Assembly: GCA_964016885.1 (NCBI GenBank)
Contig: OZ024751.1
Coordinates: forward strand, 22,010,001 to 22,074,000
DNA: 64,000 nt
Direction of reading: 5' to 3'
Source of the DNA: Eledone cirrhosa
Lineage: Eukaryota
Both the position numbers and the translations under genes were made by a program. Shown piece after piece: positions 1 to 12,970 of this stretch. Under the pieces are notes generated by a model that did no database searches, was not told the DNA's origin, and saw only the letters and a list, made by a program, of their open reading frames with translations. Positions within the stretch are counted from its first letter, which is position 1, and each line of letters starts with the position of its first letter.

Positions 1-345
1 TGTTTATATAGATCTTCCCACATACACACACATAAATATACACAGCTACGCAGCTACATGTATGTGGTAAATAGTTTTCAGTGCATGTTTATATAAGCTC
101 CACAGACACAGACATATACTCACGTAAATATACACACATATACTTACTTACATATAGGCATGCACACACATGCACACGCACATACATGTAAACGTTTATA
201 CACACACGTCTATATATATGTGAGTGCATGTATGTATATATGTGTGTGTGTGTGTGTGTGTTTATATATATATATATATATATATGCACATGCATATATG
301 CATGCACATATTCTTATGTGCATATCATATATGAGAGTTTCGTAC

Positions 346-384
<39 letters not shown>

Positions 385-385
<1 letters not shown>

Positions 386-568
386 GTTATTCCGGGTTGA
401 ATCGGAGGTAACCACAGTAAGTAAGGTACTCAATACATAGCAGAGTATAAAAGTTTTAATATAGATGAGATTCTACAGGACTAGAACTGTTTCATTCTTT
501 TCATTCCTGATGATTTCTAAAGAATGAAACAGTTCTAGTCCTGTAGAATCTCATCTATATTAAAACTT
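385..568. mobile_element. Fold-back PLE-like terminal fragment in (TA)n with HHR-like core
   Basis: 50-bp arms 451-500 and 519-568 are reverse complements. CTGATGA at 507-513, GAAAC at 526-530. Unpaired tail 385-450 reads ATTGAGTAC on the minus strand. (TA)n on both sides. A related sequence lies on the minus strand at ~62135-62180. Confidence 0.65.
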
Positions 569-612
569 ATATATATATATATATATACATACACACACAC
601 ACACACATAATC

Positions 613-718
<106 letters not shown>

Positions 719-1284
719 ACACACACACATGTATGTGTAAGGTGGACTATAGGCATAGATATCATGTCGGTGCAATACCTTCCTTCTTTCTATGCTTTGA
801 TTTCAAATCCCGCCTGGTTAACGTAACCCTTAATCAATCTGAAATCAATAAATATATACCAAAACACTATTGTGATCAATTCTTCTCATCTGTCTCTTTG
901 TCATTCTTTGCCTCTTCGGAAGAAACCGGTTGTGAACAGATTGGGAGGTGAATGTTCACAACAGGCTGTGTATCATACTGGTAACCCTTCGGTTCCATTG
1001 AGAATTAAGGGCTCAACGATGGAATATAAATCTACTACTACTACTATTACTACTACTACACGCGCACACACACACACACACACACGTGTGTGTGTGTGAG
1101 CCTGTCCATCTGTGTGTTTGTATGTATGTATTGAAAGAATATCGCATTAGAAACAACGTGGTTTAATCGGACTAAGATATACACACGCACACACATATAC
1201 ACACACATACACGCACGCACGCGCACACACACACACACACCACACATACACACACATATATATATATACGCACACGCACACGCA

Positions 1285-1339
<55 letters not shown>

Positions 1340-1793
1340 TTCGTACAACCTCTTCGTTTATCATTTTCGTTCTTTTCGAAACAAGATTTTCACCATAGAT
1401 GCCAGAATTAATAAAATAATAATGTCTGCCAGTATTTACTGAACAGCCTGGAGGAATCTTAGAAATGAGATTTCTGTGTTGGGAGGATTCCTCATAAACT
1501 TATTCAACCGTCTACTTATCGAGTTTTATTTAGTCAACGGATATTCACTGTTTCTCTTATGTAATAAATTAATAAAAAAAACTGTTTTACTATTACCTGA
1601 ATCGTTATTTCATTTTTCCGGATATTCACTGTTCAACGAGTTGTCGAATTTACAAATAATCAGTTCTGTACATTGGATATATATTCCGATGAAAAAAAAA
1701 AAAAATCTCTAACGTAAAATAAAAAAAAAACGAGAAAATAAAAATAAAATAGGAATAAAAATAACAACTCTACAAATGGCCCCTACTTCGAAT

Positions 1794-1858
<65 letters not shown>

Positions 1859-2138
1859 CACACCTTCCATATATATTCCCTTATATAAAAATATAATACA
1901 AAGTAATGTTTTTCTTACCCAGTATATTTCAACATAATATTTCGGGGTTAACATCCACTTTTCAAATGCAAAAAAAAAAGATGCAAAATAGATGTGAAAC
2001 ATACTGTGTAAGAAAGACGTTATTTTGTTTTGTTATATTTGTCATCCTTTGTCGTTTATATATTTCTACTGCATTATACCGGCTTTCAGAAATACTTGAT
2101 CTTTTATTATATATCTTACAATGCTCCATATTAACTAC

Positions 2139-2381
2139 AGAGTACAATGCACTAAGAAGGACTAATATTTTTTGTAGCTTTTGTCTTTCTAAATTGAAGG
2201 GTATGTTTTTTTTTGTTTTTTTTTAAAATGAAAAAACGAGTCAGTTACCGGTTGCTCTCCGACAGGCTTGCGGCCATGTCCTTGGCATTGGAGACTTCTG
2301 GTATCTTTGGCCCTTGGGCTACCTCCCTACTCACCACCACCACCATAGGTGCTGAGCTGGCCAGCCGCAGGTGTGAGCCTC
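2139..2381 (+). repeat. Dispersed repeat, inverted partner of 4557-4806
   Basis: agagtacaatgcactaagaaggactaata...gagtcagttaccggttgctctccgacagg...gctgagctggccagccgcaggtgtgagcctc is the diverged reverse complement of 4557-4806. Confidence 0.75.
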
Positions 2382-3239
2382 GCGAGATTGAATGGCTCCC
2401 CCCCCCCCAATATATACACACTTTTATTAGAATACTGTTGAAGTCTGTATACAATTTTGGGGTCACTCTATATTAAGTTATTTATTTCATAATCAAGATG
2501 ATATTTGTAATACCACATAATAAAAAAGGTTCTTATATCAGTTTATCTCGGAAGATTTTAATATAAATAGGAACCCTTTAAAATGGGTAGTTTTATATAA
2601 TAAAAGCAGAAGCAGTTTTAGGCAGGGTTCTAAGAACAAAAACATTGTGGCTAAGGGGGCTGAAATTCTTTCCTTTGTTAAGTTATTTATAAATTTGTTG
2701 TTGATATTTTTGTTCAATCAGTTAAATTTATAGACGGTAGAAGTTTATTTGGCTGTTATTTCTAGTATATTGAGAAATCATGTAGAGGTTACTTGATATA
2801 ATAAGAGGAATAACAGATTGTGGGCAGCAATTATTTAATGTACACGAACAAAGTCTGGTTGGACTATCACGATTTATTTACTGTTTTATCTAATTATATA
2901 TATTTTTATTGGTTGCAGTCATTAGACTGCGGCCATGCTACGGCTTTAACTTGATTTATTCGATCATATTGAATCCAGTAAATATTTTTCAAACCAGGCC
3001 CTTGATTTTTTGTTTTTTTTCTACCGAACAGCTAATGTGTTACATTTGTTTACATTTTATAATATATCTTAATTTGTTTATTTATTTATTTATTATTTTC
3101 CTTTACTTCAGTAATGCCTTTCCTAAATTGATTAATTAATTTATTTATTCTATATTGTGAGTTCCAATAAAATAAAGAAATTAAAACTGTATGAGCAAGA
3201 TCCGATTGAGTGCGCATACTACAGTCTAATGACTAAATC

Positions 3240-3418
3240 CAGTTAAAGAATGCGAGAGACCCGCCTCTTTATGTTCTGATTTCGAATCCTGCTGAGGTTA
3301 GCTTCGTTTTTTATCATTTTGGGTTCGATAAAAGAAAGCCCCAGTAAAACACTGAGGTCGATTAAATCGACTTCCCTCCCCCAAAATTGTTGGCCTTGTG
3401 CCTAAATCAGAAACCATT
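3240..3418 (+). mobile_element. Nin/Deu-domain tRNA-derived SINE (diverged)
   Basis: B-box-like ttcgaatcc, then ttttatcattttgggttcgataaaa core and gtcgattaaatcgac...ggccttgtgcctaaa tail. Confidence 0.7.
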
Positions 3419-3451
3419 GCACACACACACGCGCACGCACACACACGCACG

Positions 3452-3483
<32 letters not shown>

Positions 3484-3555
3484 TATATAACAAATAGTTT
3501 TATCGCTCTACAATGGCTGAATACAAGAAATGTAAATCTGAGTTTTTCTAATAAT

Positions 3556-3743
3556 TGTTTCTACCTTTTTGGCACAAGGCCACCAAATTACCCAGTGCAT
3601 TACTGGTACTTTATTTTATCGACCCCGTAAGGATGAAAGGCCAAGTTAACCCCGGCGGTATTTGAACTCAGAATGGCAAGGGCCGTAACTCTATGCGTCA
3701 AAGCATGGTGTCCGACCCTCTACCGATACTGCCAATCCACCGC
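3556..3743 (-). mobile_element. Full-length tRNA-derived SINE with 16-bp TSD
   Basis: Minus strand shows A-box tggcagtatcgg, B-box gagttcaaatac and core cctttcatccttacggggtcgataaaataaagtaccag. Flanked by direct repeat gagtttttctaataat at 3540-3555 and 3744-3759. Confidence 0.9.
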
Positions 3744-3839
3744 GAGTTTTTCTAATAATAATATTTGATTCGTTTGAAATTATGCAAACAGCCCCTTAAG
3801 CCATGTCAGTAGAATGACCCCGCCATTCTTGCTCCGGTG

Positions 3840-3945
3840 TTGGCAACTTTTGTTTTACTGTTTACAGGGTACCTCCAAGCAATGCTACAATTGAAAGAAT
3901 GTTTTCAAGAGTACTCCCCACCAAAATTAAACTAAGACGAGGTTG
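3840..3945 (+). pseudogene. Possible hAT transposase C-terminal dimerisation-domain relic
   Basis: 3869 onward reads VPPSNATIERMFSRVLPTKIKLR, preceded by frameshifted LATFVL. This resembles the hAT motif LA..VL..P.SNA..ER.FS....K...R. Confidence 0.45.
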
Positions 3946-4466
3946 GATTTACGGTCGTTAATTTGAAGAACAAAACATTTAATGCCATGATTTTACTCCA
4001 AGTGAAGCCATGTTGAAATACGACTCAAACAAACGAAGAAACAAAACAAAACAAGGAAATTAATGGAGAGGAGAATGAAATTTTTGAAGCATTAAAATTC
4101 CTTAATTCTTAAAGGTAAGAATCCTATTGAATATCATTTTAAATTATCAACTAAGTAAATTGAAACTAACCTACAGGCAAACCTTAGATATATTATTTTC
4201 GGGTGGTGGGAAGAGATTGAAAACATTGGAATTGTGAATATTTTATTTCAGAATTGTAATATGGTAATCACTGATGCTGAAATCATAAAGACTTTTCTTT
4301 AAGAAGAAATGAAAAACAGATTTTAAAAAAAGAAGAAATTACGAGGGTGGGATACTTATTTTTTCTTCAATATTTTAATTTATTTTTGAATCCATTCTTA
4401 CACAATCCACTATTTCTAGAAATTGTTGTGCTACGTTTTGTCAAAATGATCCTGTAATCTTGATTG

Positions 4467-4545
4467 TACGAGGGTCGGCTGAAACGTTCATAAGCTGACT
4501 ATGAAGGAGTAATGCTAAGGCTCTGAAATCTTGCATATGCATTAA
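4467..4545 (-). mobile_element. Half copy of mariner-type MITE
   Basis: TA+CGAGGGTCGGCTGAAA terminus; matches the reverse complement of the right end of 11783-11985. Confidence 0.65.
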
Positions 4546-4556
4546 TGCGCTGGAAG

Positions 4557-4806
4557 AGGCTCACACCTGCGGCTGGCCAGCTCAGCGCCAATGGTGACGA
4601 GTAGGGAGGCAGCCCTAGGGCCAAAGACACTAGAAGTCTCCACTGCCAAGGACACGAGCCCAAACCTGTCGGAGAGCAACCGGTAACTGACTCGCTTTTC
4701 TATTTAAAAAAACAACAACAAAACACAGACACTCTTCAGTTTAGAAAGACAAATGCTACAAGAAATATTAGAAGAATTATTAGTCCTTCTTAGTGAATTG
4801 TACTCT
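4557..4806 (-). repeat. Dispersed repeat, inverted partner of 2139-2381
   Basis: gaggctcacacctgcggctggccagctcagc...gtcggagagcaaccggtaactgactcg...cttcttagtgaattgtactct. Confidence 0.75.
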
Positions 4807-6377
4807 TTATTAGTACCAGATTATAAGATTATATATTTCTCATGAATCCTGTTGTGATAATTAAAATGGATAATTTGGGTTTGGAACGACTCGCAATACA
4901 TGTTCAGTATAGGGAGATATCCAATGCCAGAATTTTCACTCTAAGCTGAATTTGAGTTTGAGCAAAAATAGAACGAAATTTTTCTCTTACTTTGTATAGT
5001 TCTTTTATATTAATCCAGAGAGCGCGGCACAAATTTCCTTGTTAATTAATTTGTAAACCATTCAATTTAACATTTCCCTTAAATTTCTGCCTCAGTTTTC
5101 TCAAAAACCAATTTGATTCCGGTACTTTCGTAATTTTTTCCTTGTTTATAATTTCAATTCCGTCTTTTCTTTTTTTTAGAGGACCTATACACACATACAT
5201 ACATATATCCATACACACATCCATCCATACATATATACATACATATATGCATACACATACATATCCATACACACATCCATCCATACATACACACATACAT
5301 CCGTCCATCCATACACGCATACATCCCTTCATCCATCCATACATACATATACACATCCATCCATACATACAAATACATACACTCAGACATCTAAACATAC
5401 ACATACGCACTCATCCCCGTATATACAACACTGTCACAGAAACAGCCCCATAAGAAAATTACACCCAGCACAAACACCCCCAATAGAAATATACCCCCCC
5501 CCAAATTAAAAACAATACAAAGAAACAGTAACCCCCTTTTTTTCTCAAGATTTTCTAAACTTTTATTTTAAATCTGACATTTAAAATTTTTCTTTATTTT
5601 ATTTCATTTTCTTTTTTCTTTTTCTTTTTTACTTTTCTTTTCTTTTTTTTATTTTTCTTTCTTTTTCTTTTCTTTTCTTTTTCTTTCTTTTTCTTTTCTT
5701 TTCTTTTTCTTTCTTTTTCTTTTTTTTTTCTTTTTCTTTCTTTTTCTTTTATTTTCTTTTTCTTTCTTTTTCTTTCATTATATTTAACGTTAACCGGAAA
5801 CCGGAACATTTCTCCTACTTCCGTTCTGCCTATTCAGCTCTTTCTTTCCCGATTTTCCTTTTTATTTTCTCTCCCTCTTTATTGTCTTATTTAACCTCTA
5901 CGTTTTCGTTTACCTGGCTCATCGTTTTCTCGTTACCTTTCACCCATTATTTCATCTTTTTTCATCTATTTTTGCCTTTAACGTCGTTTTTTGTTTAAAA
6001 ATACAAAGAAATAATTTCGTTTAATTCTTCGTTCATTCCTTCCATGTTTCCCCAGACCATCCAAACCATTCCCATTCCGTACACCATCACATCACACTGC
6101 ACCACACCATGCCGCACTCAACTACGCTACACTACACTGCACCACACAGCCCTGCACTATACCATTCCATACCTCATCGTAACCACTCGGCAGCGTACAC
6201 TCCACACCACCACCACCGCCCGCCGCCATTCGTTTTCCTTTTGATATTCTCTTTATTTCACCATTTTACCAAGTCCCCTTTTAAAATTAATCTGTGTTTC
6301 TGTGTCTTTATTTCTATCCGTCACCCCCTCTCCCCACACGATTTAGCTCAATCGGAAGATCGGCTGGAATGAGAGAT

Positions 6378-6470
<93 letters not shown>

Positions 6471-6494
6471 ATATATATATATATATATATATAT

Positions 6495-6656
6495 AAAAAG
6501 AAAGCGTGGTAAGGAACCAGGTGGACCATAACGCACCAGAGTACTCGATACTTAGGGTAGTAGAGTGGGTAATAGGAAAAGAGAACCGACGGCTGAGCTC
6601 CAGCCGTTTCGACAGTTAGTAGTTCGGAACTCAGCCGTCGGGGTCCTGACTATTTT

Positions 6657-6659
<3 letters not shown>
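6495..6659 (-). mobile_element. Diverged family-A PLE 3' end with short inverted arm
   Basis: Reverse complement of the family-A tail (ttatggtccacctggttccttaccac) and the HHR 3' half, plus short fold-back ctcagccgtcggggtc...ttcct. (TA)n on both sides. Confidence 0.75.
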
Positions 6660-6691
<32 letters not shown>

Positions 6692-6692
<1 letters not shown>

Positions 6693-7202
6693 TATCGAAT
6701 AAGTAAAAGCGAAGTAGTTTCAGATGTTCAAGTCCTTTAATAATAATGCTGTGATATATATTTCAATGACGACACTGGCCACACTGTTCTGTGTGCGAGT
6801 GTCGTGACATCATCAGACAGCTTGTTACATAATAAGGTTGTTTCCGAGGCAATCCAAATTGAATCGACATGGGAACGGATGAAGTTCGTGCTTTTGGGTT
6901 TTTCATCCGTTCAAATGGATGAAAAACCCAAAACACGAACTTCATCCGTTCCCATGTCGATTCAATTTGGATTGCCTCGGAAACAACCTTATTATGTAAC
7001 AAGCTGTCTGATGATGTCACGACACTCGCACACAGAACAGTGTGGCCAGTGTCGTCATTGAAATATATATCACAACATTATTATTAAAGGACTTGAACAT
7101 CTGAAACTACTTCGCTTTTACTTATTCGATATTTACTCCGTCACTCCTATGTGGAAAAAGTACGTTGAGTGCTTGAATTGAATTACATCAATGTTTACCC
7201 TA
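6692..7202 (+). mobile_element. Fold-back PLE-like element: ~217-bp arms plus 3' tail
   Basis: 6692-6908 is the near-perfect reverse complement of 6917-7132 (mirrored ORFs 6763-7020 and 6804-7061). Tail 7133-7202 has TTGAGTGC at 7165. (TA)n flanks. Confidence 0.85.
7003..7076 (+). ncRNA. Minimal type I hammerhead ribozyme (mirror copy on minus strand ~6748-6821)
   Basis: Stem I gctgt / acaac (acagc in the mirror copy). CTGATGA at 7008-7014. Stem II acgacact...agtgtcgt. GAAA at 7060-7063. Palindromic stem III tatata. AUC cleavage triplet. Confidence 0.8.
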
Positions 7203-7369
7203 ATATATATATATATATATATATAGATAGATAGATATACACCACACCCCATTTTATATTCTGCCAAGAATTGTGACTGGCAGATAGTATCAGCAATGGA
7301 AACATTGTCTCCTTGGTCCGATCTAACGATCGGTTTCTTTCTCTTTTTCCTTTTATTATAGTAGCTTTA

Positions 7370-7650
7370 GGTGCGCGGCCTTGTGGGTAGTGTTCCGGGC
7401 TTATGATCGTAAGGTCGTGAGTTCAATTTCCGGACTGGGCGAGGCGTTGTGTAATTCAACATGACACTGTATTTTCACGATGCTTCAGGCCACCCTTGTC
7501 TCTCATTGTGTCACGCCGAATTTCTCTGAGAACTACGTTAAGGGTGCACGTCTCTGTGGAATGCTCAGCCACTTACACGTTAATTTCAGGCAGTTCCGTT
7601 GATCTAATCAACTGAGAGCACTTGTGGTCGGGAACGACTGAGGTCTAATA
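7370..7650 (+). mobile_element. Second tRNA-derived SINE family (CORE-like)
   Basis: gatcgtaaggtcgtgagttcaatt head; body shared with 12090-12386 (tacgttaagggtgcacgtctctgtggaatgctcagccac). Confidence 0.65.
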
Positions 7651-8281
7651 ACTGTTTCTACTATTGGCACAAGGCCACCAACTACCCAGTACATTACTGG
7701 TACTTTATTTTATCGACCCCGTAATAATAATAATTGTTTCTACTTTTGGCACAAGGCCAGCAATTACCCAGTACATTACTGGTACTTTATTTTATCGACC
7801 CCGTAAGGATGAAGGGCAAAGTCAACCTCGGCGGGATTTGAACTCAGAATGGCAAGGGCCGTAACTCTCTGCGTCAAAGCATGGCGTCCGACCCTCTACC
7901 GATACTGCCAATCCATCTAATAATGATAATAATAATTGTTTCTACTTTAGGCACAAGGCCAGCAATTTTGGAGGAAGGGAAAATCGATTAAATCGACTCC
8001 AGTGCATTACTGGTCCTTTAATTATCGACCCCGTAAGGTCGAAAGGCAAAGCTAACCTCTCATAATAATGATTTCTAGTATAGGCACAAGGCCAGTAATT
8101 TGGGGGAGGGGAAAGGGATTAAATCGACCCCAGAGCATTACTGGTACTTTATTTTATCGACCTCGTAAGGATGAAAGGCAAAGTTAACCTCGGCGGGATT
8201 TGAACTCAGACCGCAAAGGGCCATAACTCTATGATGCTGCAAAGCATGGCGTCCGACTCTCTACCTATACTGCCAATCCAC
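7651..8281 (-). mobile_element. Cluster of four nested or partial Nin/Deu-type SINEs
   Basis: Repeated ggcacaaggcc...ctggtactttattttatcgacccc units at ~7651, ~7733, ~7935 and ~8070, separated by (TAA)n. Confidence 0.85.
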
Positions 8282-8312
<31 letters not shown>

Positions 8313-9865
8313 GTTTCTTTATTGGCCACAAGGGCTAACACGAAGAAAAACAGACGGCATAGGGCGGTACAGGACCATACAAAGTGGGTTTTGGCTATTT
8401 AAAAAGGTTATAACAAGAAAATAGAAATGTGTAAAAAACAAATTAAAAAATTCAAGCAAAAATTCCCCAATAGGGAGGAAATATCCGAGGATCACTCGTG
8501 GCGAAAACCACACAAAAGACTACGGCCACCCTGACCACCAGGGCAAGCGCCCTATCTCAGTTCTTCCACTCCCCAGTCTACAGGCGCATACTAACAAGAG
8601 CAACAACAGCAACACATCCTAGTCAATTAGAAGGCCTGTCCAATATATCCAATATGGTGGTAAAATCTCAGCCATGATGCAAGTAACCGACTTTACGTAA
8701 CACCGCTACACACAGACGCATTCTTTCTCTCTTTTCCCGTCTCTCTATCAAATTTAATCAGTTTATTCAGTAAGCAGCTAATATTTCTTTGCTTCCTCCA
8801 CATTTCCTTTTATGGAACCTTAAAATACTCAAAGAATGGCTTTGATTTAACAAAACACTTAACTCCTTCTTCTGCTTCTTCAACGGATTACCCTTTACCT
8901 TCCCTTGGTTCTTTCTCTATTTCTCTTTTCCTTATCTTTCTTCATTTTCTATTTCTCTTTTCCTTATCTTTCTTCTTCTTCTTCTTCTTCTTCTTCTTCT
9001 TCTTCTTCTTCTTCTTCTTCTTCTTCTTCTTCTTCTTCTTCTTCTTCCACCGTTGCACACAAAGCAACACAACAGTCGACATCATAACAGTTACGTGTTT
9101 TTTTATACTCTTCGTTTTTAAAAATTTAATTTTTATCTTTGTTTATGATGATGATTATTGTTTTGATTTTTAAAAACACTTTTTTCCCCTTCTGTACACC
9201 GTCACTAAGAACACTTCACCATTAACACCATCGACATTAACCCAACCCAATTCCGAAAATTCTTGAAAGCATGAAGTTCACATATTCCGCTACTCTTCTC
9301 TCCAAAGTGAAAAGGCATTATCGAATGTGTTCTTCATTTTTTTTTAGTTTAAAGACAATACGATGTAATTTTAGGGAAAATTGGCTGCTATTTCTAGCAG
9401 ATTAGAGTGATCACATTAAAGGTTCCTCGTTGGCACATTTTCTCGTGTGAAGTTTCCGCCGGTAACGTAGCTATTCGCGTAATGATTTGATTTTAGTTTG
9501 TATTTCAGATTTAATATATTTATATTTGAAAGATTGATACTTGAAGACGCTATACATTCTAGATAGACACTCCTTAATTTATAGATGGTGCCAAGGAAAA
9601 TTGTCGTTTAATTCACACATAAGGACAGTTTCTAGATTATACGGTTTCTTTTCGTAGGCAATTACACTTAATCTTAATGGAGATATTCGACTTTAACTGC
9701 TTAATAATTCCCGTGTTATTTAGTTCTATGGCTTCACTTAGTTGTCGTTTAATAATCGTTACAATGACTTATAGATAGTAGCACGTAACCTGTTGTTTTA
9801 CGAACGGAATAAGTAATATTCGGTTTATTCACCGAATTGTATTAAAACTATACAAGATCTTACAG

Positions 9866-10570
9866 AAGCACTCTCCTCCTTCCCACAATCTCTCACCACT
9901 CTAAGATAACTTCGGTAAGATAAGTTAATATAACTCTCTTCAGACAAAGGGCGAAAATTCTGCATTATTTAACAGAATATTTACACACAACTAGCGTTAG
10001 AACACCTCAACAACACAACCCTATATAGTAAGGTTAGCAACTAGCCAACTAGAGACCACAATTAACACCAGCTGGATTATCTGCAACAGCTAAGGCCTTT
10101 CTAGTAGAATAAAACTATCACCTGAAACAGTAAGCTCCCCACATTCTTCCATCTCATCAAAACAATAAAACAGGACCCAACTTAAAAATTAGACCCATCG
10201 TTTCTGGCATAAACGGTCCTTTTTATAGAATTTCCTGGCTTCTCTGAAAACTTCTCAAACCTCTACATCACACTTTCCCCGGACACGTAGACAGCTCACA
10301 AGAAGTAGTCAACAGACTAAAAGAACTTGACTCCGAATAAATACCCTTTTAGTTTAGACGAAGTTTCCCTCTACACCTCCGTTCCAGCTTCCCCGGCTAT
10401 TGACTTAATTACGGACAACATCATCGCCTCTACCGACCTCAATTGTTTTGGGCTCACTGTTTGAGGGCTAAGTATACAAACAAATCTCAGTAATTCTGAT
10501 GGGATCGAGTCTCTCAAGTCCGCTTGCCATCACGTACAGGAACCAGCTGCAGCGCACATCACTCACCACA
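9866..10570 (+). pseudogene. Decayed Penelope-like element reverse transcriptase
   Basis: Manual translation across stops and frameshifts: SDKG (DKG from 9943), LPTFFHLIKT..KTGPNLKIRPIVSGINGP (RPIVS at 10191), KLLKPL, FSLDEVSLYTSVP...AI (10351), YKQ....MGSSLSSPLA (10499). This is the PLE/telomerase-like RT motif order. Confidence 0.85.
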
Positions 10571-11782
10571 TGCCGAAGGTACAAGTCCTCGCAGTGGCGA
10601 CCAATTTAATCACTGAGGACAGGGATTGCATATGCTCGACAGAATTAACCATTAGTCTTATGTGTCAACACCACTTGGCCTCTCGGTACCTTTCGCGAAG
10701 CCCGATCAACTGAAATGTTACATGATTAAAAATGTTAATCTTAAACATCTCAGATACATTTTCTCAATTCGAACCGATATATTTTCTCGTAATTCTTTTA
10801 AAAATGTCCACCATCGCAAAAAATTACAACCTAGCTAAGTTTACAATAATATCACACAGTATTGTGGTAAAAGATTGCGTGAAAAAAAAAAAAAGGAAGC
10901 AAAAACAAAAACAGCAAAAACAAAAAAGCACTCACACATATATAAATAAATATTATAAACAAAATAAATGATTATGAATTAGCTTTTCAAACGAATTAAG
11001 ACTCAAAGAAAAGACATGTCTTGTCAACGATCGACTGAACTTTTCATTTTTATAACAACGGATTACTGCCATTGTTTGTCAAGAAGTAACGCCAATATCT
11101 GTTCATAGCAGTTGACGACATCTTTTTTTTCTTTTCTTCTTCTCTAAACTCAGTAAACATTAAACAAACAAACAAACAAGCAAACAACAATAACAAAAAT
11201 CAAAATGTCTGCTAATTCTAGTTTTAATCTACTATCTCTCCATGTGACTCGAATCCTTATTTAAATCAAAAATCGCTTCAAGAACAAATTTCAGAAAATC
11301 TGTCGGATACTTTTATTTCCTGATATGACAGGTTGAAATCAATACAGGTTTTGTAAAACAGTTTTGACAATGTCGTTTTGTTTATGGTTTTATAATGATT
11401 ATCTCCCCCCCCCCAATTTTGTTATATATTTATTTAAAGCTTATTTCTTTTTTTTGTTATAAAAACTTTATATAATTTTGTATTTATGAAAAATCTCGGC
11501 AAATGTGAATTAAATAAATAAATATCTTTCATTTGTAAAATTGAAAAAAAAAAGTGAATAATAGATTTATAACTAAGGTGATATTTATCAACCATCAAAT
11601 ATATTGAAGTTTAATTATGTATTTTAAATGGTTGATAAATATTGGTTTCTTTTGCAATCATTGCATTCAGTTCTGTTAGTTTGTTATTATAGATGTGTAA
11701 ATAATTAGAGTTATCTAAACTTTGTTAACCCATTCACAATTTGGTACAGTTCTAAATAGTTCATCTTCATACAGTGTGTTTA

Positions 11783-11985
11783 TACGAGGGTCGGGTGAGA
11801 AGTTCCTAGGCTTAGCAAGATACTCTCATGGAATGACCAAATGAGGTTTATTTTTCAACACTAAGTCCCTGGAAAGAAACAATGCAGTTATCAATAAGAA
11901 GTGTTGAAATTAATACATGCAATATTTCACAGCTCTAGCATCGATCCTTCATAGTCGTCTATGACCTTTTCAGCCGACCCATGTA
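11783..11985. mobile_element. Mariner-type MITE
   Basis: TA-CGAGGGTCGGGTGAGAAG...CTTTTCAGCCGACCCATG-TA imperfect TIRs; interior shared with 48779-48929. Confidence 0.75.
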
Positions 11986-12089
11986 GAAAAATTTAGACTT
12001 GAAAAATCTGACAAAGTGCAAAATAGCTGAATCGACATCGTTTCAATGACCAAGCTGTGTTGTGTTCTTTTATTTATTATTCAATTGTG

Positions 12090-12386
12090 AAGGCGTGTGA
12101 CTTTGTGGTTATGGTCTTCGGTTCAAGATCGTAAGGTCCTGAGTTAGATTACCGACGATGCATTGTGTCCTTGAGCAAAACACTTTATTTCACATTACTC
12201 CAGTTCACTCAGCTGGCAAACGTGATTTGTACCTGTAATTCAAAGGGCCTGAATCTCCCTGAGGACTACTTTAAGGGTACGTGTGTCTGTGAGATGCTCA
12301 GCCACATGTTCGTTAATTTCATGATCAATCTGTTCCGTTGATCGTATCAACTAGAACGCTCATCGTCGTAACCGACGGAGAGCCAG
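12090..12386 (+). mobile_element. CORE-like tRNA-derived SINE
   Basis: tRNA-like head, gtgtccttgagcaaaacacttta core, body homologous to 7370-7650. Confidence 0.7.
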
Positions 12387-12559
12387 TTTTTTTTATTTAT
12401 TATTATTAAAATACTACATTGCATTTACCTGTCCTGAGTTTCTTCACCCTCTTCAGTTAAAAAGCAAACAAATATACTGGGTATACATTAGCCTACTTCC
12501 GATTGATTTAGCCTACTTCCGATTGATAGACGAGATATCACTCTACATATTAGGGCTAG

Positions 12560-12970
12560 GGCAGTTGATTGTCAGCATCAGTAGAACCTCGGACAACATT
12601 CTTAGCAGCATAGAGTTATATCCTTTTACCTCCTGCTGAAGGTAACTTCGCCTTTCAATCTCACGGGATCGATAAAATAAAGTCCAGTAATGTACATGGA
12701 TCGATTTAATCGACTTCCTCCTCCTCCAAAATTGTTGGCCTTGTGCCTAAAGTAGAAAACAATTATTATATGTACAAGCGGTGGATTGGCAGTATCGGTA
12801 GAGGGTCAGACACCATGCTTTGATGCATAGAGTTACGGCCCTTTCCATTCTGAGTTCAAATCCCGCCGAAGTCAACTTTGCCTTTCATCTTTACGGGGTC
12901 GATAAAATAAAGTACCAGTAATGTACTGGGTAATTGCTGGCCTTGTGCCAAAAGTAGAAACAATTATTAT
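12560..12970 (+). mobile_element. Two tandem Nin/Deu-type SINEs, the second with a TSD
   Basis: Second copy ~12778-12965 is flanked by direct repeat attatatgtacaagc and has A/B boxes plus the ctttcatctttacggggtcgataaaataaagtaccag core. Confidence 0.85.

Noticed and set aside
3556-3743. tRNA genes suggested by A/B boxes
   Set aside because: Boxes belong to SINE heads followed by SINE core and tail; no complete cloverleaf.
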